Shown here: piece by piece, positions 37,873 to 46,483 of the stretch
How the letters are laid out: every line of letters begins with the position of its first letter
How positions within the stretch are numbered: position 1 is the stretch's first letter
DNA from: an uncultured Anaerolineales bacterium
GTDB taxonomy: Bacteria > Chloroflexota > Anaerolineae > UBA7937 > B3-Chlor
Direction of reading: 5' to 3'
Length of the DNA: 64,000 nt
Assembly (NCBI GenBank): GCA_964347945.1
Contig: CAYGAW010000109.1
Coordinates: 752-64,751, forward strand
Program-made: the position numbers and the translations under genes
Notes under the pieces: generated by a model
What the model saw: the letters and a program-made list of their open reading frames with translations, nothing else
Databases searched by the model: none
Told to the model about the DNA's origin: nothing

Positions 37873-38562
37873 CTAGATCTGCGCCTGTGGCTCGAGAAGA
37901 TCCTTGCGCGTGGCGGCGATGAAGCCCACGGCGGCCACGGTGATCAGCCCCTCGCCGATCCCTATCAAGAGGTGGATACCTGCCATGGCAGGCACAGCTA
38001 TCTGGAGGGGCGACGTGCCAGAGATGGCCAATTGCACTGCGCAGGAGATGGAGGCGACAAGAACCGAACACCAGGCAGCCGCAAAAGCACCGGCCAGGTT
38101 GGCCCAAGGCCTTCCTCCCGCAATCCTCCTCATGCCCACATAGACGTAGTGTCCCACCAGACAGGCGGTCACTGCCATGTTGAGGATGTTGGCGCCCAGA
38201 GCAATCAGTCCACCGTCTTGGAAGAGGAGGGCCTGGATTGCCACCACACTTGTCATGACGAGCATCCCCCCCCAAGGCCCCAGCAGGATGGCGCCCAGAG
38301 CGCCTCCGATGAGATGCCCAGACGTTCCGCCGGCCACCGGGAAGTTCACCATCTGGGCAGCGAATATGAAGGCGGCCATCACACCCATCAGCGGTACCTG
38401 TCTTTCCCCCAGTTGACGATTCGTGCGGGCGACGGCGTACGCCAGGGCTAGTATGGACAGTGCCCAGGCGACTGCTGCCACGACGAGGGTCAAGAAACCG
38501 TCGGGGATGTGCATCGCCTTTGCTGACAATATGGGAATCAGCCACGTAGTGGCAAAGATCAT
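37873..38562 (-). CDS. cbiM: CbiM/NikM-type substrate-capture component with cleavable signal peptide
   Basis: A 16-aa signal-like N-terminus (MIFATTWLIPILSAKA) is followed by MHIPDGFL, the conserved mature N-terminus whose amino group ligates the metal in the CbiM/NikM family. 6-7 TM helices. Confidence 0.85.
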   Translation of the reverse strand: MIFATTWLIPILSAKAMHIPDGFLTLVVAAVAWALSILALAYAVARTNRQLGERQVPLMGVMAAFIFAAQMVNFPVAGGTSGHLIGGALGAILLGPWGGMLVMTSVVAIQALLFQDGGLIALGANILNMAVTACLVGHYVYVGMRRIAGGRPWANLAGAFAAAWCSVLVASISCAVQLAISGTSPLQIAVPAMAGIHLLIGIGEGLITVAAVGFIAATRKDLLEPQAQI

Positions 38563-38666
38563 CGTCCTATCTCCCGTTTCCCGTTATGCTGTCTCCCGGG
38601 TTAGTTTGCCAGCGAAGCCCGTCGAACATTGGCGCGACGGGCCTGGTCACTTGCGAGCCCAGCCCG

Positions 38667-39110
38667 CTACCCTCCGGTGTTCCCAGAATTCTGTTTGCAG
38701 GCACTGCACATGCCGAACACCGCTAGATGCTCTATCTCTGCATGGAAGTCATAGTCTTTCCCTACGGCTTGTCGCAACGGGTCTAGGAAGGAGTTGTCCA
38801 TGTCCAGTATCGCGCCACACTCTCTGCAGATCAGGTGGTGGTGCAGCCCCTTGCTCAGCAATTCGTACTGGGCGTGCCCTCGTCCGAGATCCGTCTCGCT
38901 TACCAGATGCAACGCCTTCAGTAGGTCCAGCGTTCTGTAGACGGTGGAGATGTCTAAGTATGGATAGGCCGCGCGAACCGCGTCATGGATCTCCTCCGCG
39001 CTCGTATGCCCATCACTGCTGGCAATAGCATCTAGGATCATCATGCGCTGTGGTGTCAGCCGATACCCAATCTGTTGCAGTGCTTCGACTATTTCGTGAT
39101 GATGACTCAT
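38667..39110 (-). CDS. Fur-family metalloregulator (Nur/Fur-like)
   Basis: Winged-helix N-terminus (LTPQRMMILDAIASSDGHTSAEEIHDAV), then HHHLICRECG...CxxC metal sites. 147 aa. Confidence 0.85.
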   Translation of the reverse strand: MSHHHEIVEALQQIGYRLTPQRMMILDAIASSDGHTSAEEIHDAVRAAYPYLDISTVYRTLDLLKALHLVSETDLGRGHAQYELLSKGLHHHLICRECGAILDMDNSFLDPLRQAVGKDYDFHAEIEHLAVFGMCSACKQNSGNTGG

Positions 39111-39154
39111 AGGTGTGCCCTATGCAATTGTAGCTCAAATGCTATCTCGTGTCA

Positions 39155-39173
39155 AGTGCAAATATGTTGCACT
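39155..39173. promoter_or_regulatory. Perfect 7-5-7 palindrome AGTGCAA-atatg-TTGCACT, a candidate Nur/Fur-type operator 45-63 nt upstream of the Fur-family start
   Basis: Read directly from the sequence. The half-sites resemble the published Streptomyces Nur box (tcttgcaa-N5-ttgcaaga). Confidence 0.45.
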
Positions 39174-39259
39174 AAGGACACGCCGGGATCTCGAGCATGG
39201 GTTCGCGCGTTGTGGGCGGAGGGGTGCGCGTGAGGAGGGACAACGGTGATCCTACGGGG

Positions 39260-40066
39260 TTAGGAGGCGTTGTTTTCCGGGCCGCTGGCGTGCCGACGAT
39301 CCAGTTCCACAGCGATGGCTTCGGCTTCTTTCACTAGTTGGGGGGCCATCTCGAAGATAGCCACGCCTTTCATGTCTGCTTCAATCGCTGCTGGGCTATA
39401 GGAGAGGAAGCCTAGAATAGGAAGGTCAGGGCCCTGCTCCCGAATGAACTGCCGGTCTGCTTCATCGCGAACGCTATTGCCTACGAGATAGAGCCGAGAA
39501 ATGCCGATGTCTTGCGCCAGCTTCCGAATCAACTCCGCCGTCTGGAGGCTTCGGCGGCCTGGTTCCACCACGATGACGAAGGCATCCACCGCCTGCGCTG
39601 TGGCGCGACCGAGATGCTCCACACCGGCCTCCATGTCCATGATCACCTCTTCAGAGCCCCGCTGAAGCAGGAGGTGAGTTACGAGCGTCTTCAAGAGGAC
39701 ACTTTCGGGGCAGATGCAACCTGCGCCTCCTTTCTTGACAGTGCCGAGTTGGAGCAGCCTTATGCCCTGGTGAATGGCACTGAGGCGGTCTGGAATGTCA
39801 TCGACCCTGGGGTTCATCTTGAACCACCCACCGACGCCGCCCGGTCGCGCACCCGTGCGCTCTTCGATTAGATCTTCCATCTCAGCGATAGGTGTGATCT
39901 GGTCTACGAGCTCGCCAGGAAACCCCAAGGCCCAGGCCAAGTTGGGTGATGGATCCGCATCGATGACTATGACCTTTCTTCCCTGCTGGGCATAGGTGTG
40001 GGCCAACAGACTGGTGAGTGTGGTCTTCCCCACACCACCTTTTCCGGTTACCGCTATCTTGACCAA
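39260..40066 (-). CDS. cooC: CooC-type P-loop ATPase (Ni-insertion accessory protein, MinD/ParA superfamily)
   Basis: Deviant Walker A KIAVTGKGGVGKTT and a CxC motif (GAGCICPES) matching the CooC nickel-binding site. TTG start with GGAGG 7 nt upstream. Confidence 0.75.
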   Translation of the reverse strand: MVKIAVTGKGGVGKTTLTSLLAHTYAQQGRKVIVIDADPSPNLAWALGFPGELVDQITPIAEMEDLIEERTGARPGGVGGWFKMNPRVDDIPDRLSAIHQGIRLLQLGTVKKGGAGCICPESVLLKTLVTHLLLQRGSEEVIMDMEAGVEHLGRATAQAVDAFVIVVEPGRRSLQTAELIRKLAQDIGISRLYLVGNSVRDEADRQFIREQGPDLPILGFLSYSPAAIEADMKGVAIFEMAPQLVKEAEAIAVELDRRHASGPENNAS

Positions 40067-40109
40067 AATGCAACCTCCGTGATCCGGGTTGAAACCCCCG
40101 CTCGCGGCG

Positions 40110-40895
40110 CTAGAGCAACCCGTCCAGGGAGTCGAAGGCCTCTTTCACCGCGCGGCGTGCAGGCGTATCCTCGGGTAACTCCACGAGAGGACGACCCGTG
40201 GCATCGAACTCGGCCACCAAGGGATCCAAGGGGATTAGACCTGCCAACTTCAGCTGGCTATCGGCGATGAACTGCTGCAGTTGAGGAGCCAAAGCTGGAA
40301 CACCTTGCTCATCAGTGGGCACCCGGTTCACCATGAGGCGAATGTGCCCCACGTGGGTCTTCAGTTCGTGGATCAACTGGGCCACCCTCTCTGCTGTGGA
40401 CAAGCCTCTCATCGTCGGGTCGGAGATAATGAGAAGCAGGTCAACATTCTGAGTTGTGCGACGGCTCAAATGCTCCAGGCCGGCCTCATTATCGATGATC
40501 ACATAGTCATAGGACCTGGAGAGGCGATCAATCGTGGCACGTAGCATATTGTTAGCAGCACAGTAGCAGCCTGGGCCTTCTGGACGTCCCATTGCCAGTA
40601 GGTCGAAACCTTCTTCCTCGACCAGGGCCTGATTGATTCGTAACTCCAGATACTCGGGCTTGCTGATGCCACTCACGAAAGTTCCCGAGCTAACTTGCTG
40701 CGCGGTCTCCTCTCGAATGCCCCCCACGGTCTCGTCAATGGAGGTGCCCAGGGTAAGGTCGAGGTTTGTACTGGGGTCAGCATCTATGGCCAGCACTGTG
40801 CTCCGCTGGTCGTCCACCAGGTACCTTATCAGCAGGGCGGCAACCAAAGTCTTGCCGGTGCCGCCTTTGCCGGCGACAGCAATCATCTTTCCCAT
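40110..40895 (-). CDS. cooC: Second CooC-type P-loop ATPase paralogue
   Basis: MIAVAGKGGTGKT Walker A and a CxC motif (GPGCYCAAN). Internal ATG (MGKMIAVAG); the track ORF begins at an upstream TTG at 40955. Confidence 0.7.
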   Translation of the reverse strand: MGKMIAVAGKGGTGKTLVAALLIRYLVDDQRSTVLAIDADPSTNLDLTLGTSIDETVGGIREETAQQVSSGTFVSGISKPEYLELRINQALVEEEGFDLLAMGRPEGPGCYCAANNMLRATIDRLSRSYDYVIIDNEAGLEHLSRRTTQNVDLLLIISDPTMRGLSTAERVAQLIHELKTHVGHIRLMVNRVPTDEQGVPALAPQLQQFIADSQLKLAGLIPLDPLVAEFDATGRPLVELPEDTPARRAVKEAFDSLDGLL

Positions 40896-40990
40896 GCTGC
40901 GTCCCTTTGTCTCACTGTCAAGCCAGGAGCTGTTGTGAGATTCGTTGGTGCGCAAGTCCTTTCACGCGACTACGGCGTCCGCCCAAGCGA

Positions 40991-41410
40991 TCAAATCTCA
41001 TCCTCGATTATCGCGTAGCTACTAGTAATCTCTGCAACACCCGATAGAGTGGAGCCCACAGAGCAGTACTTCTCCTCCGAGAGCTTGATTGCTTGCTCTA
41101 CCACGGGCACGGTTAGCTGGGGTCCGTGCAGGCTGTACTCCAGGTGGATCTTCCGGAAGGTCCACGGCGGATCAGGATCTTGGTCGGCGGTCACCCTGAT
41201 CTCCAGACCAGACAGAGTCTGACGTCGCTTCTTGAGAATTGAGACCACATCTACGCCGGCGCATCCTGCCAGCGCGACTAGCAGCAATTCCGCGGGCTTC
41301 ACGCCGGCGGCCTTCTCTCTCGGTTGCCCAGACATGACCACACTATGCCGTGTGCTGTCTGTGCCCACAAACTCCTTGTCTCCTATCCACTTGACCACTG
41401 CCTCAGCCAC
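40991..41410 (-). CDS. osmC: OsmC/Ohr-family peroxiredoxin-like protein
   Basis: 139 aa with OsmC pattern and two conserved Cys (LAGCAGVD ... KYCSVGS). GTG start preceded by GGAGG. Confidence 0.8.
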   Translation of the reverse strand: MAEAVVKWIGDKEFVGTDSTRHSVVMSGQPREKAAGVKPAELLLVALAGCAGVDVVSILKKRRQTLSGLEIRVTADQDPDPPWTFRKIHLEYSLHGPQLTVPVVEQAIKLSEEKYCSVGSTLSGVAEITSSYAIIEDEI

Positions 41411-41480
41411 GGCTACCTCCGCGGTTATGTGCTAGATGTTGGCAAATTGTGCCACCACGCGAAATAGGACGGGAGTACTA

Positions 41481-41509
41481 TTGACTGGCAATACGAAACC
41501 TGCTAAGAT
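41481..41509 (+). promoter_or_regulatory. Candidate sigma70-type promoter (TTGACT - 17 nt - TAAGAT) firing into a ~400-nt ORF-poor region
   Basis: Read directly: TTGACTggcaatacgaaacctgcTAAGATtatcat. It is divergent from osmC and points toward 41510-41900. Confidence 0.35.
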
Positions 41510-41903
41510 TATCATAGGGGAGGTTTCTCCTCTTTTTCCTCCTAACTGAGAGACGAGGTGCCGGGACCTCGCCTCTCATTTCATTAGGCCACATTTGTCG
41601 TGCCTCGAACTGCAAGCCTCTAGGCCGGAAGGCCGATGAGGGTGACCACGAAGTCACCCATATGATGCCCACGGCGTGCAAAGTTTCGGGCAGCCCTTTC
41701 TTGCCTGGGCGGCTATCCTCCTGCACCGTTCTGTCGGTCTGGAGCTGCCCTGTGTTCCCTCATTACGAGTCCCCTGTCAAACCAGACCATGTCGACGCCG
41801 GTACGCCGCTCGTGTCAGCGTCGTATGAGGTTTGCCACCAACTGTTTCCTGGGGCCGCAAACCGCTGACCGGGCACATTCCGGGTCTTGGACCTGGAGGC
41901 CTG

Positions 41904-42155
41904 CTATTCTACCTTGTACACTGTGTCGTTCGGACGCGCCTTCTGATCGAGCTTGAGCGCAATCTCCTGACCAGCTTCGGCCTTCTCGATGGCCTGGTGC
42001 TCGATCTGCATAGATTCCACCGTCTGTGTGAAATCTCGATTGCCTCCCTTGACACGAACCGCATCCCCGAGTTGGAGTGGCGCCGTCAGGTCGATGACCG
42101 CTACGCCAATCTTGGAGAAGTAATTCGTGATCCTCCCGATTTCCTTTTCCGCCAT
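41904..42155 (-). CDS. Small conserved hypothetical protein (83 aa; possibly an EF-Tu domain-2-like beta-barrel)
   Basis: Internal ATG with strong RBS (aagggaggg, 8-nt spacer). Sequence MAEKEIGRITNYFSKIGVAVIDLTAPLQLGDAVRVKGG.... The function call is weak. Confidence 0.5.
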   Translation of the reverse strand: MAEKEIGRITNYFSKIGVAVIDLTAPLQLGDAVRVKGGNRDFTQTVESMQIEHQAIEKAEAGQEIALKLDQKARPNDTVYKVE

Positions 42156-42356
42156 TGGTAGATCCCTCCCTTCAATTGACCACCAGAGGCTCAGCATTCT
42201 GCAACATCCAACGGACCCTTGCGTTGCATGGCTCGACACTGTATCGCGGATCCCCCAAATACCTCCTTTTCGTGCTCCCAGGGTAGGCTCTCAGCAAGTT
42301 GAAGAGGGTCTCTGAGCGAGCTGTGATTCTCTCTATACTGTCGCTGGGGAATGCAC

Positions 42357-42557
42357 TCACGGGGTACCCAAGTCCTCGACAGCAATATCGACGTACTTGT
42401 CTCCCTCTTCGATAAGCATGATGGGGATACCATCACGAATGGGATACTTGCGTCGGCATTCGTCGTTGCTGCAAATCAACCAGGTGTCCTTGGCCAGTTG
42501 CACCTTGGTCTTGCAGGCAGGGCAAGCCAGGATGGCCAACAAGTCATCACTGATCAT
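42357..42557 (-). CDS. Trm112-family (DUF343) small zinc-finger-like protein
   Basis: MISDDLLAILACPACK...LICSNDECRRKYPIRDGIPIMLIEE matches the Trm112p-like pattern. Internal ATG with aggag RBS. Confidence 0.75.
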   Translation of the reverse strand: MISDDLLAILACPACKTKVQLAKDTWLICSNDECRRKYPIRDGIPIMLIEEGDKYVDIAVEDLGTP

Positions 42558-42810
42558 GTCCGTTTCTCCTCTCTCTTCATGGGGAGCCCTCCGATGCAAC
42601 TACTATATCATAGATCCAACCCAAGCTCAAACCTGAAGAGCACGCTTGCTTGTTGGTCCGCTCTATGCTATCCTATGATACTAGGGATATGATTACAAAA
42701 CACGCCTTCGGACCGAGCGGGGGGTGCCTGTATCAGTCTGCGTGCGGTTGGTCAGGTTCCCGCCAGGGGCGATGAAGGCGGAAGTCTAAAACGAAAAAGG
42801 CGGTGTAAGC

Positions 42811-43743
42811 ATGGCGATAGTAGAAATGAAGGAGTTACTGGAGGCCGGTGTCCATTTCGGTCACCGCGTGAAACGATGGCACCCCAAGATGCGCTCCTAC
42901 ATCTTCACGGAGCGCAACGGGATCCACATCATTGACATCCAGCAGACCATACGGAGGTTGGAGGCTGCCACCGATCTGATCAAGGAGGACATCAGCGATG
43001 GCGGGATGATCCTGTTCGTCGGCACGAAGAAGCAAGCACAGGAGCATGTTGCCGAAGCAGCTGAGAGGTGCGGGATGCCCTACGTCAACCAGCGTTGGCT
43101 AGGCGGGACACTCACCAATTACCGCACCATTCGTCAGCGCATTGACTACTTGATTGGCTTGGAGCAGAGCTTTGAAAGGGGAGAGTTCGAGAAGCTCACC
43201 AAGAAGGAGATCCTTGGTCTCGAGCGAAAGATGTCCAAGCTGAATCGGAGGTTGGGGGGCATCAAGAACATGGATCGTCTACCCAGCATGGTGTTCATCA
43301 CCGATGTTCGACGGGAGCACATCGCGGTCAAGGAAGCGAATAAGTTGGACATCCCCATCATAGCCATGGTCGACACCAATTGTGATCCCACGCCGATCGA
43401 CCATGTGATTCCAGCCAATGATGATGCTATCCGATCCATCAAACTGATATCGAGCAAGCTCGCTGATGCAGTTGTCGAGGGACAACAGATACGGGATGCT
43501 CTTCTGGCTGAGGAGGAAGAGGAGGTGTTGGAGCCGCCGGAGGAATTGGCTGAGCGCCTGCCGGAAGAGGAGCTGCCCGTCCTGGTGGAGGAGTTTGCGG
43601 CTCCAGAGGAGACGCCGGTGGAGCTGGCCGAGGAACAGGTCGGCCAGGGAGAGATTGATACAGTTGAGGTCTCGCAGGACGACGAAGTCGTTGACCTGGA
43701 TGTTGAATCGGCAGGTACTGAGGAGACAGCCGAAGGAGAATAG
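42811..43743 (+). CDS. rpsB: 30S ribosomal protein S2 with acidic C-terminal extension
   Basis: [18 protein letters not shown]...HIIDIQQT is canonical S2, plus a 70-aa E/P/A-rich tail. Confidence 0.95.
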   Translation: MAIVEMKELLEAGVHFGHRVKRWHPKMRSYIFTERNGIHIIDIQQTIRRLEAATDLIKEDISDGGMILFVGTKKQAQEHVAEAAERCGMPYVNQRWLGGTLTNYRTIRQRIDYLIGLEQSFERGEFEKLTKKEILGLERKMSKLNRRLGGIKNMDRLPSMVFITDVRREHIAVKEANKLDIPIIAMVDTNCDPTPIDHVIPANDDAIRSIKLISSKLADAVVEGQQIRDALLAEEEEEVLEPPEELAERLPEEELPVLVEEFAAPEETPVELAEEQVGQGEIDTVEVSQDDEVVDLDVESAGTEETAEGE

Positions 43744-44358
43744 ATGGCTATCACCACTGAGATGGTAAAGGACCTCCGGGAGCGAACGGGTGCCGGAGTA
43801 TTGGACTGCAAGAAGGCTCTCGAAGAAGTGGATGGCGACATGGACAAGGCGATGGAACTCTTGCAGCAGAAAGGCTTCGCCATTGCCGCGAAGAAGGCTG
43901 AGCGGGAGGTCAATGAAGGACTGGTAGAGGCGTATATCCACGCAGGGGGCAAGCTCGGAGTCCTCCTGGAGTTGAATTGTGAGACGGATTTCGTAGCCCG
44001 GACAGAGGATTTCCGAGGATTGGCTCACGATCTGGCGATGCAGGTTGCCGCAACGAGCCCGCGCTATCTCGCGCCAGAGGATATCCCGACGGAGGTGTTG
44101 CAGCGGGAACGGCAGTGGCAGCGCGAGCACGTGGGAGAGGGCAAGTCCGAAGATGTTGTTGAGAGGATTGTGGAAGGAAAACTGCGGAAGTACTATGAAG
44201 AGGTTTGTCTTCTTGAACAGGCCTTCATCAAGGACGAAGGCGTGACCGTACGGGATCTAGTCACCAGCAAGATAGCTAAACTGGGCGAGAACATCAAAGT
44301 GCGACGGTTCGCACGGTTCGAGCTTGGGGAAGACTCAACCACGTGGACGTTGGCGTGA
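43744..44358 (+). CDS. tsf: Elongation factor Ts (short form)
   Basis: [29 protein letters not shown]-like N-terminus. 204 aa. The start abuts the rpsB stop. Confidence 0.92.
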   Translation: MAITTEMVKDLRERTGAGVLDCKKALEEVDGDMDKAMELLQQKGFAIAAKKAEREVNEGLVEAYIHAGGKLGVLLELNCETDFVARTEDFRGLAHDLAMQVAATSPRYLAPEDIPTEVLQRERQWQREHVGEGKSEDVVERIVEGKLRKYYEEVCLLEQAFIKDEGVTVRDLVTSKIAKLGENIKVRRFARFELGEDSTTWTLA

Positions 44359-44442
44359 GCTGCTTAGCGAGACAGCACGTGCAGAGTTGGTCCTTGCACT
44401 TGTAGCGGCTCTGTCTACACCAGTGCGTCGTGGTGAAATAGC

Positions 44443-45171
44443 GTGCATAAAGGCGCTGAACTCAAGTATAAGAGAATACTGCTGAAGCTGGGAGGTGAAG
44501 CGCTCGCCGATGCAGATGGCGACGGCATAGATGCCCAGAGGCTGGAGGAGGTTGCTTCGTTAATCAAGACGGTCAAGGACTGTGGCGTTGAGGTGGCCAT
44601 CGTCATCGGTGCAGGAAACATCTGGCGAGGTCAAGATGGCATAGCCCAGGGCATGGACCGCTCCACCGCCGATCACATGGGCATGTTGGCCACGGTGATC
44701 AACGCTTTGGCACTACAGGATGCTCTCGAAAGGATCGGCGTAACGACACGAGTGCAGACAGCGATTGAGATGCGGGCCGTGGCTGAACCATACATCAGGC
44801 TGAGGGCTATCCGCCACCTGGAAAAAGGGCGGGTGGTGATTATGGGGGCGGGCACGGGCAACCCCTATTTCACTACGGACTCCGCCGCTGCGCTGAGAGC
44901 CATGGAAGTTGACGCGGACATCTTGATCAAGGCTACCAAGGTGGACGCCATCTATGACGCTGACCCAGAGGTGGAGGCGAATGCCAGAAAGCTAGATCGA
45001 CTGACTTATCTGGAGGCGCTCGAACTGAGGGTGGGTGTGATGGACAGTACTGCTATCTCACTGTGTATGGACAACGACATGCCCATCATCGTCGTCAATC
45101 TCTGGATTCCGGACAGCCTGGTTAGACTCGTCCGCGGTGAGAATCTGGGCACCTTGGTAAGCGCTGGCTGA
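44443..45171 (+). CDS. pyrH: UMP kinase
   Basis: [16 protein letters not shown] and the C-terminal amino-acid kinase fold. 242 aa. Confidence 0.92.
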   Translation: MHKGAELKYKRILLKLGGEALADADGDGIDAQRLEEVASLIKTVKDCGVEVAIVIGAGNIWRGQDGIAQGMDRSTADHMGMLATVINALALQDALERIGVTTRVQTAIEMRAVAEPYIRLRAIRHLEKGRVVIMGAGTGNPYFTTDSAAALRAMEVDADILIKATKVDAIYDADPEVEANARKLDRLTYLEALELRVGVMDSTAISLCMDNDMPIIVVNLWIPDSLVRLVRGENLGTLVSAG

Positions 45172-45201
45172 CCACTGTCGAGTGGGAGGTGGAGGGTCCC
45201 T

Positions 45202-45759
45202 ATGATAGATGACGTGTTGAAGGAGACCAAGGAACGGATGCGGAAAAGCGTCCAGGTCCTGCAGAGTGATCTCAGGAACATCAGAACCGGAAGGGCGTCT
45301 CCCGCGCTGGTCGAACGCCTTCAGGTTGACTACTATGGTACTCAGGTCCCTCTCAACCAGCTATCCGGCATTAGTGCACCCGAGCCGCGACTATTGGTCA
45401 TCCGTCCGTATGATCCGTCTTCCTTGCCCGAGATCGAGAAAGCGATCTTGAAGTCGGAACTGGGTTTGACTCCTTCCAATGACGGCAAGGTCATCCGCCT
45501 CTCGATCCCGCGGCTGACTGAAGAACGTCGTCTCGAACTCGTCAGGATGGTACAGAAGAGGGTTGAGGAGGGGAGAGTCGCAGTCCGCAACTGCAGGCGG
45601 GATGGTCTGCAGGACATGAAGGAACTAGAGAAGGAGAAACTCATCTCCGAAGATGATTTCTACCGTGGCAAGGACAGGATACAAGAGTTAACAGACAAGT
45701 ATGTGGACAAGATGGACGAGATTGGCGCGGCGAAGGAAGAGCAGATAATGGAAGTCTAG
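45202..45759 (+). CDS. frr: Ribosome recycling factor
   Basis: MIDDVLKETKERMRKSVQVLQSDLRNIRTGRASPALVE is canonical RRF. 185 aa. Confidence 0.93.
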   Translation: MIDDVLKETKERMRKSVQVLQSDLRNIRTGRASPALVERLQVDYYGTQVPLNQLSGISAPEPRLLVIRPYDPSSLPEIEKAILKSELGLTPSNDGKVIRLSIPRLTEERRLELVRMVQKRVEEGRVAVRNCRRDGLQDMKELEKEKLISEDDFYRGKDRIQELTDKYVDKMDEIGAAKEEQIMEV

Positions 45760-45768
45760 AGGGGGGAT

Positions 45769-46482
45769 ATGGACGTCACTGAGCTTACATCAACCATACC
45801 CCATCACATCGGCATCATCATGGATGGCAATGGTCGCTGGGCCCAAGAGCACGGTCTTCCGCGCCTCGAAGGGCATCGGGCAGGCACGGAGAATATCCGA
45901 CGCGTCCTAGAGGCCTGCGGCGAATACGGGATCAAGATCGTCACTATCTACGCCTTTTCCACGGAGAATTGGCAGCGGCCTTTGGAAGAGGTGCGGGGCC
46001 TGATGAGAATCTTGGAACGCGTTCTGGAGAGAGAGGTCGAGAACTTGCACCGCGAAGGTGTCAAGCTGCGCCACATCGGTGAATTGGAGGGTCTGTCCGA
46101 TAGTTTGAGAGAGGCAGTGGCGAACGCTATCGAGTTGACCAAGGACAACGACCGCCTGACGTTGAACGTCGCTTTCAACTACGGTGGGCGCACAGAGATA
46201 GTGCGTGGCGCGCGGAAGTTGGTGGAAATGAACGTGGACCCTTCCGATGTAGATGAGGAGCTCTTCAGTCAGTATCTATACACGGCTGGACTACCTGACC
46301 CCGACCTGATCATCCGCACCGGCGGTGAGATGAGACTGAGTAACTTTCTCATCTGGCAGTCTGCCTATGCGGAGTACTACTCTACTCCTACCTATTGGCC
46401 CGATTTCGACAAGGAGGAGCTCTACAGAGCGCTGCAGGCTTACGCTCAGCGGGACAGACGCTTTGGCAGGCTGAAGGTGTAG
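45769..46482 (+). CDS. uppS: Isoprenyl transferase (undecaprenyl-diphosphate synthase)
   Basis: HIGIIMDGNGRWA and FSTENWQRP motifs. 237 aa. Confidence 0.92.
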   Translation: MDVTELTSTIPHHIGIIMDGNGRWAQEHGLPRLEGHRAGTENIRRVLEACGEYGIKIVTIYAFSTENWQRPLEEVRGLMRILERVLEREVENLHREGVKLRHIGELEGLSDSLREAVANAIELTKDNDRLTLNVAFNYGGRTEIVRGARKLVEMNVDPSDVDEELFSQYLYTAGLPDPDLIIRTGGEMRLSNFLIWQSAYAEYYSTPTYWPDFDKEELYRALQAYAQRDRRFGRLKV

Positions 46483-46483
46483 G

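Noticed and set aside
37669-38545. 260-aa plus-strand and 263-aa minus-strand alternative ORFs overlapping cbiM
   Set aside because: Alternative frames of the cbiM region. The cbiM frame has the conserved MHIPDG N-terminus and TM pattern, and the others are Arg/Gly/His-rich nonsense.
41411-41903. Assignment of the non-coding region to a known RNA family (tmRNA, RNase P RNA, SRP RNA, 6S RNA)
   Set aside because: None of the conserved family motifs (tmRNA terminal T-arm and CCA, RNase P GGAAAGTCCGG/ACAGAACCCGGCTTA, SRP domain IV GGAA...) could be found. It is left as an unclassified candidate.
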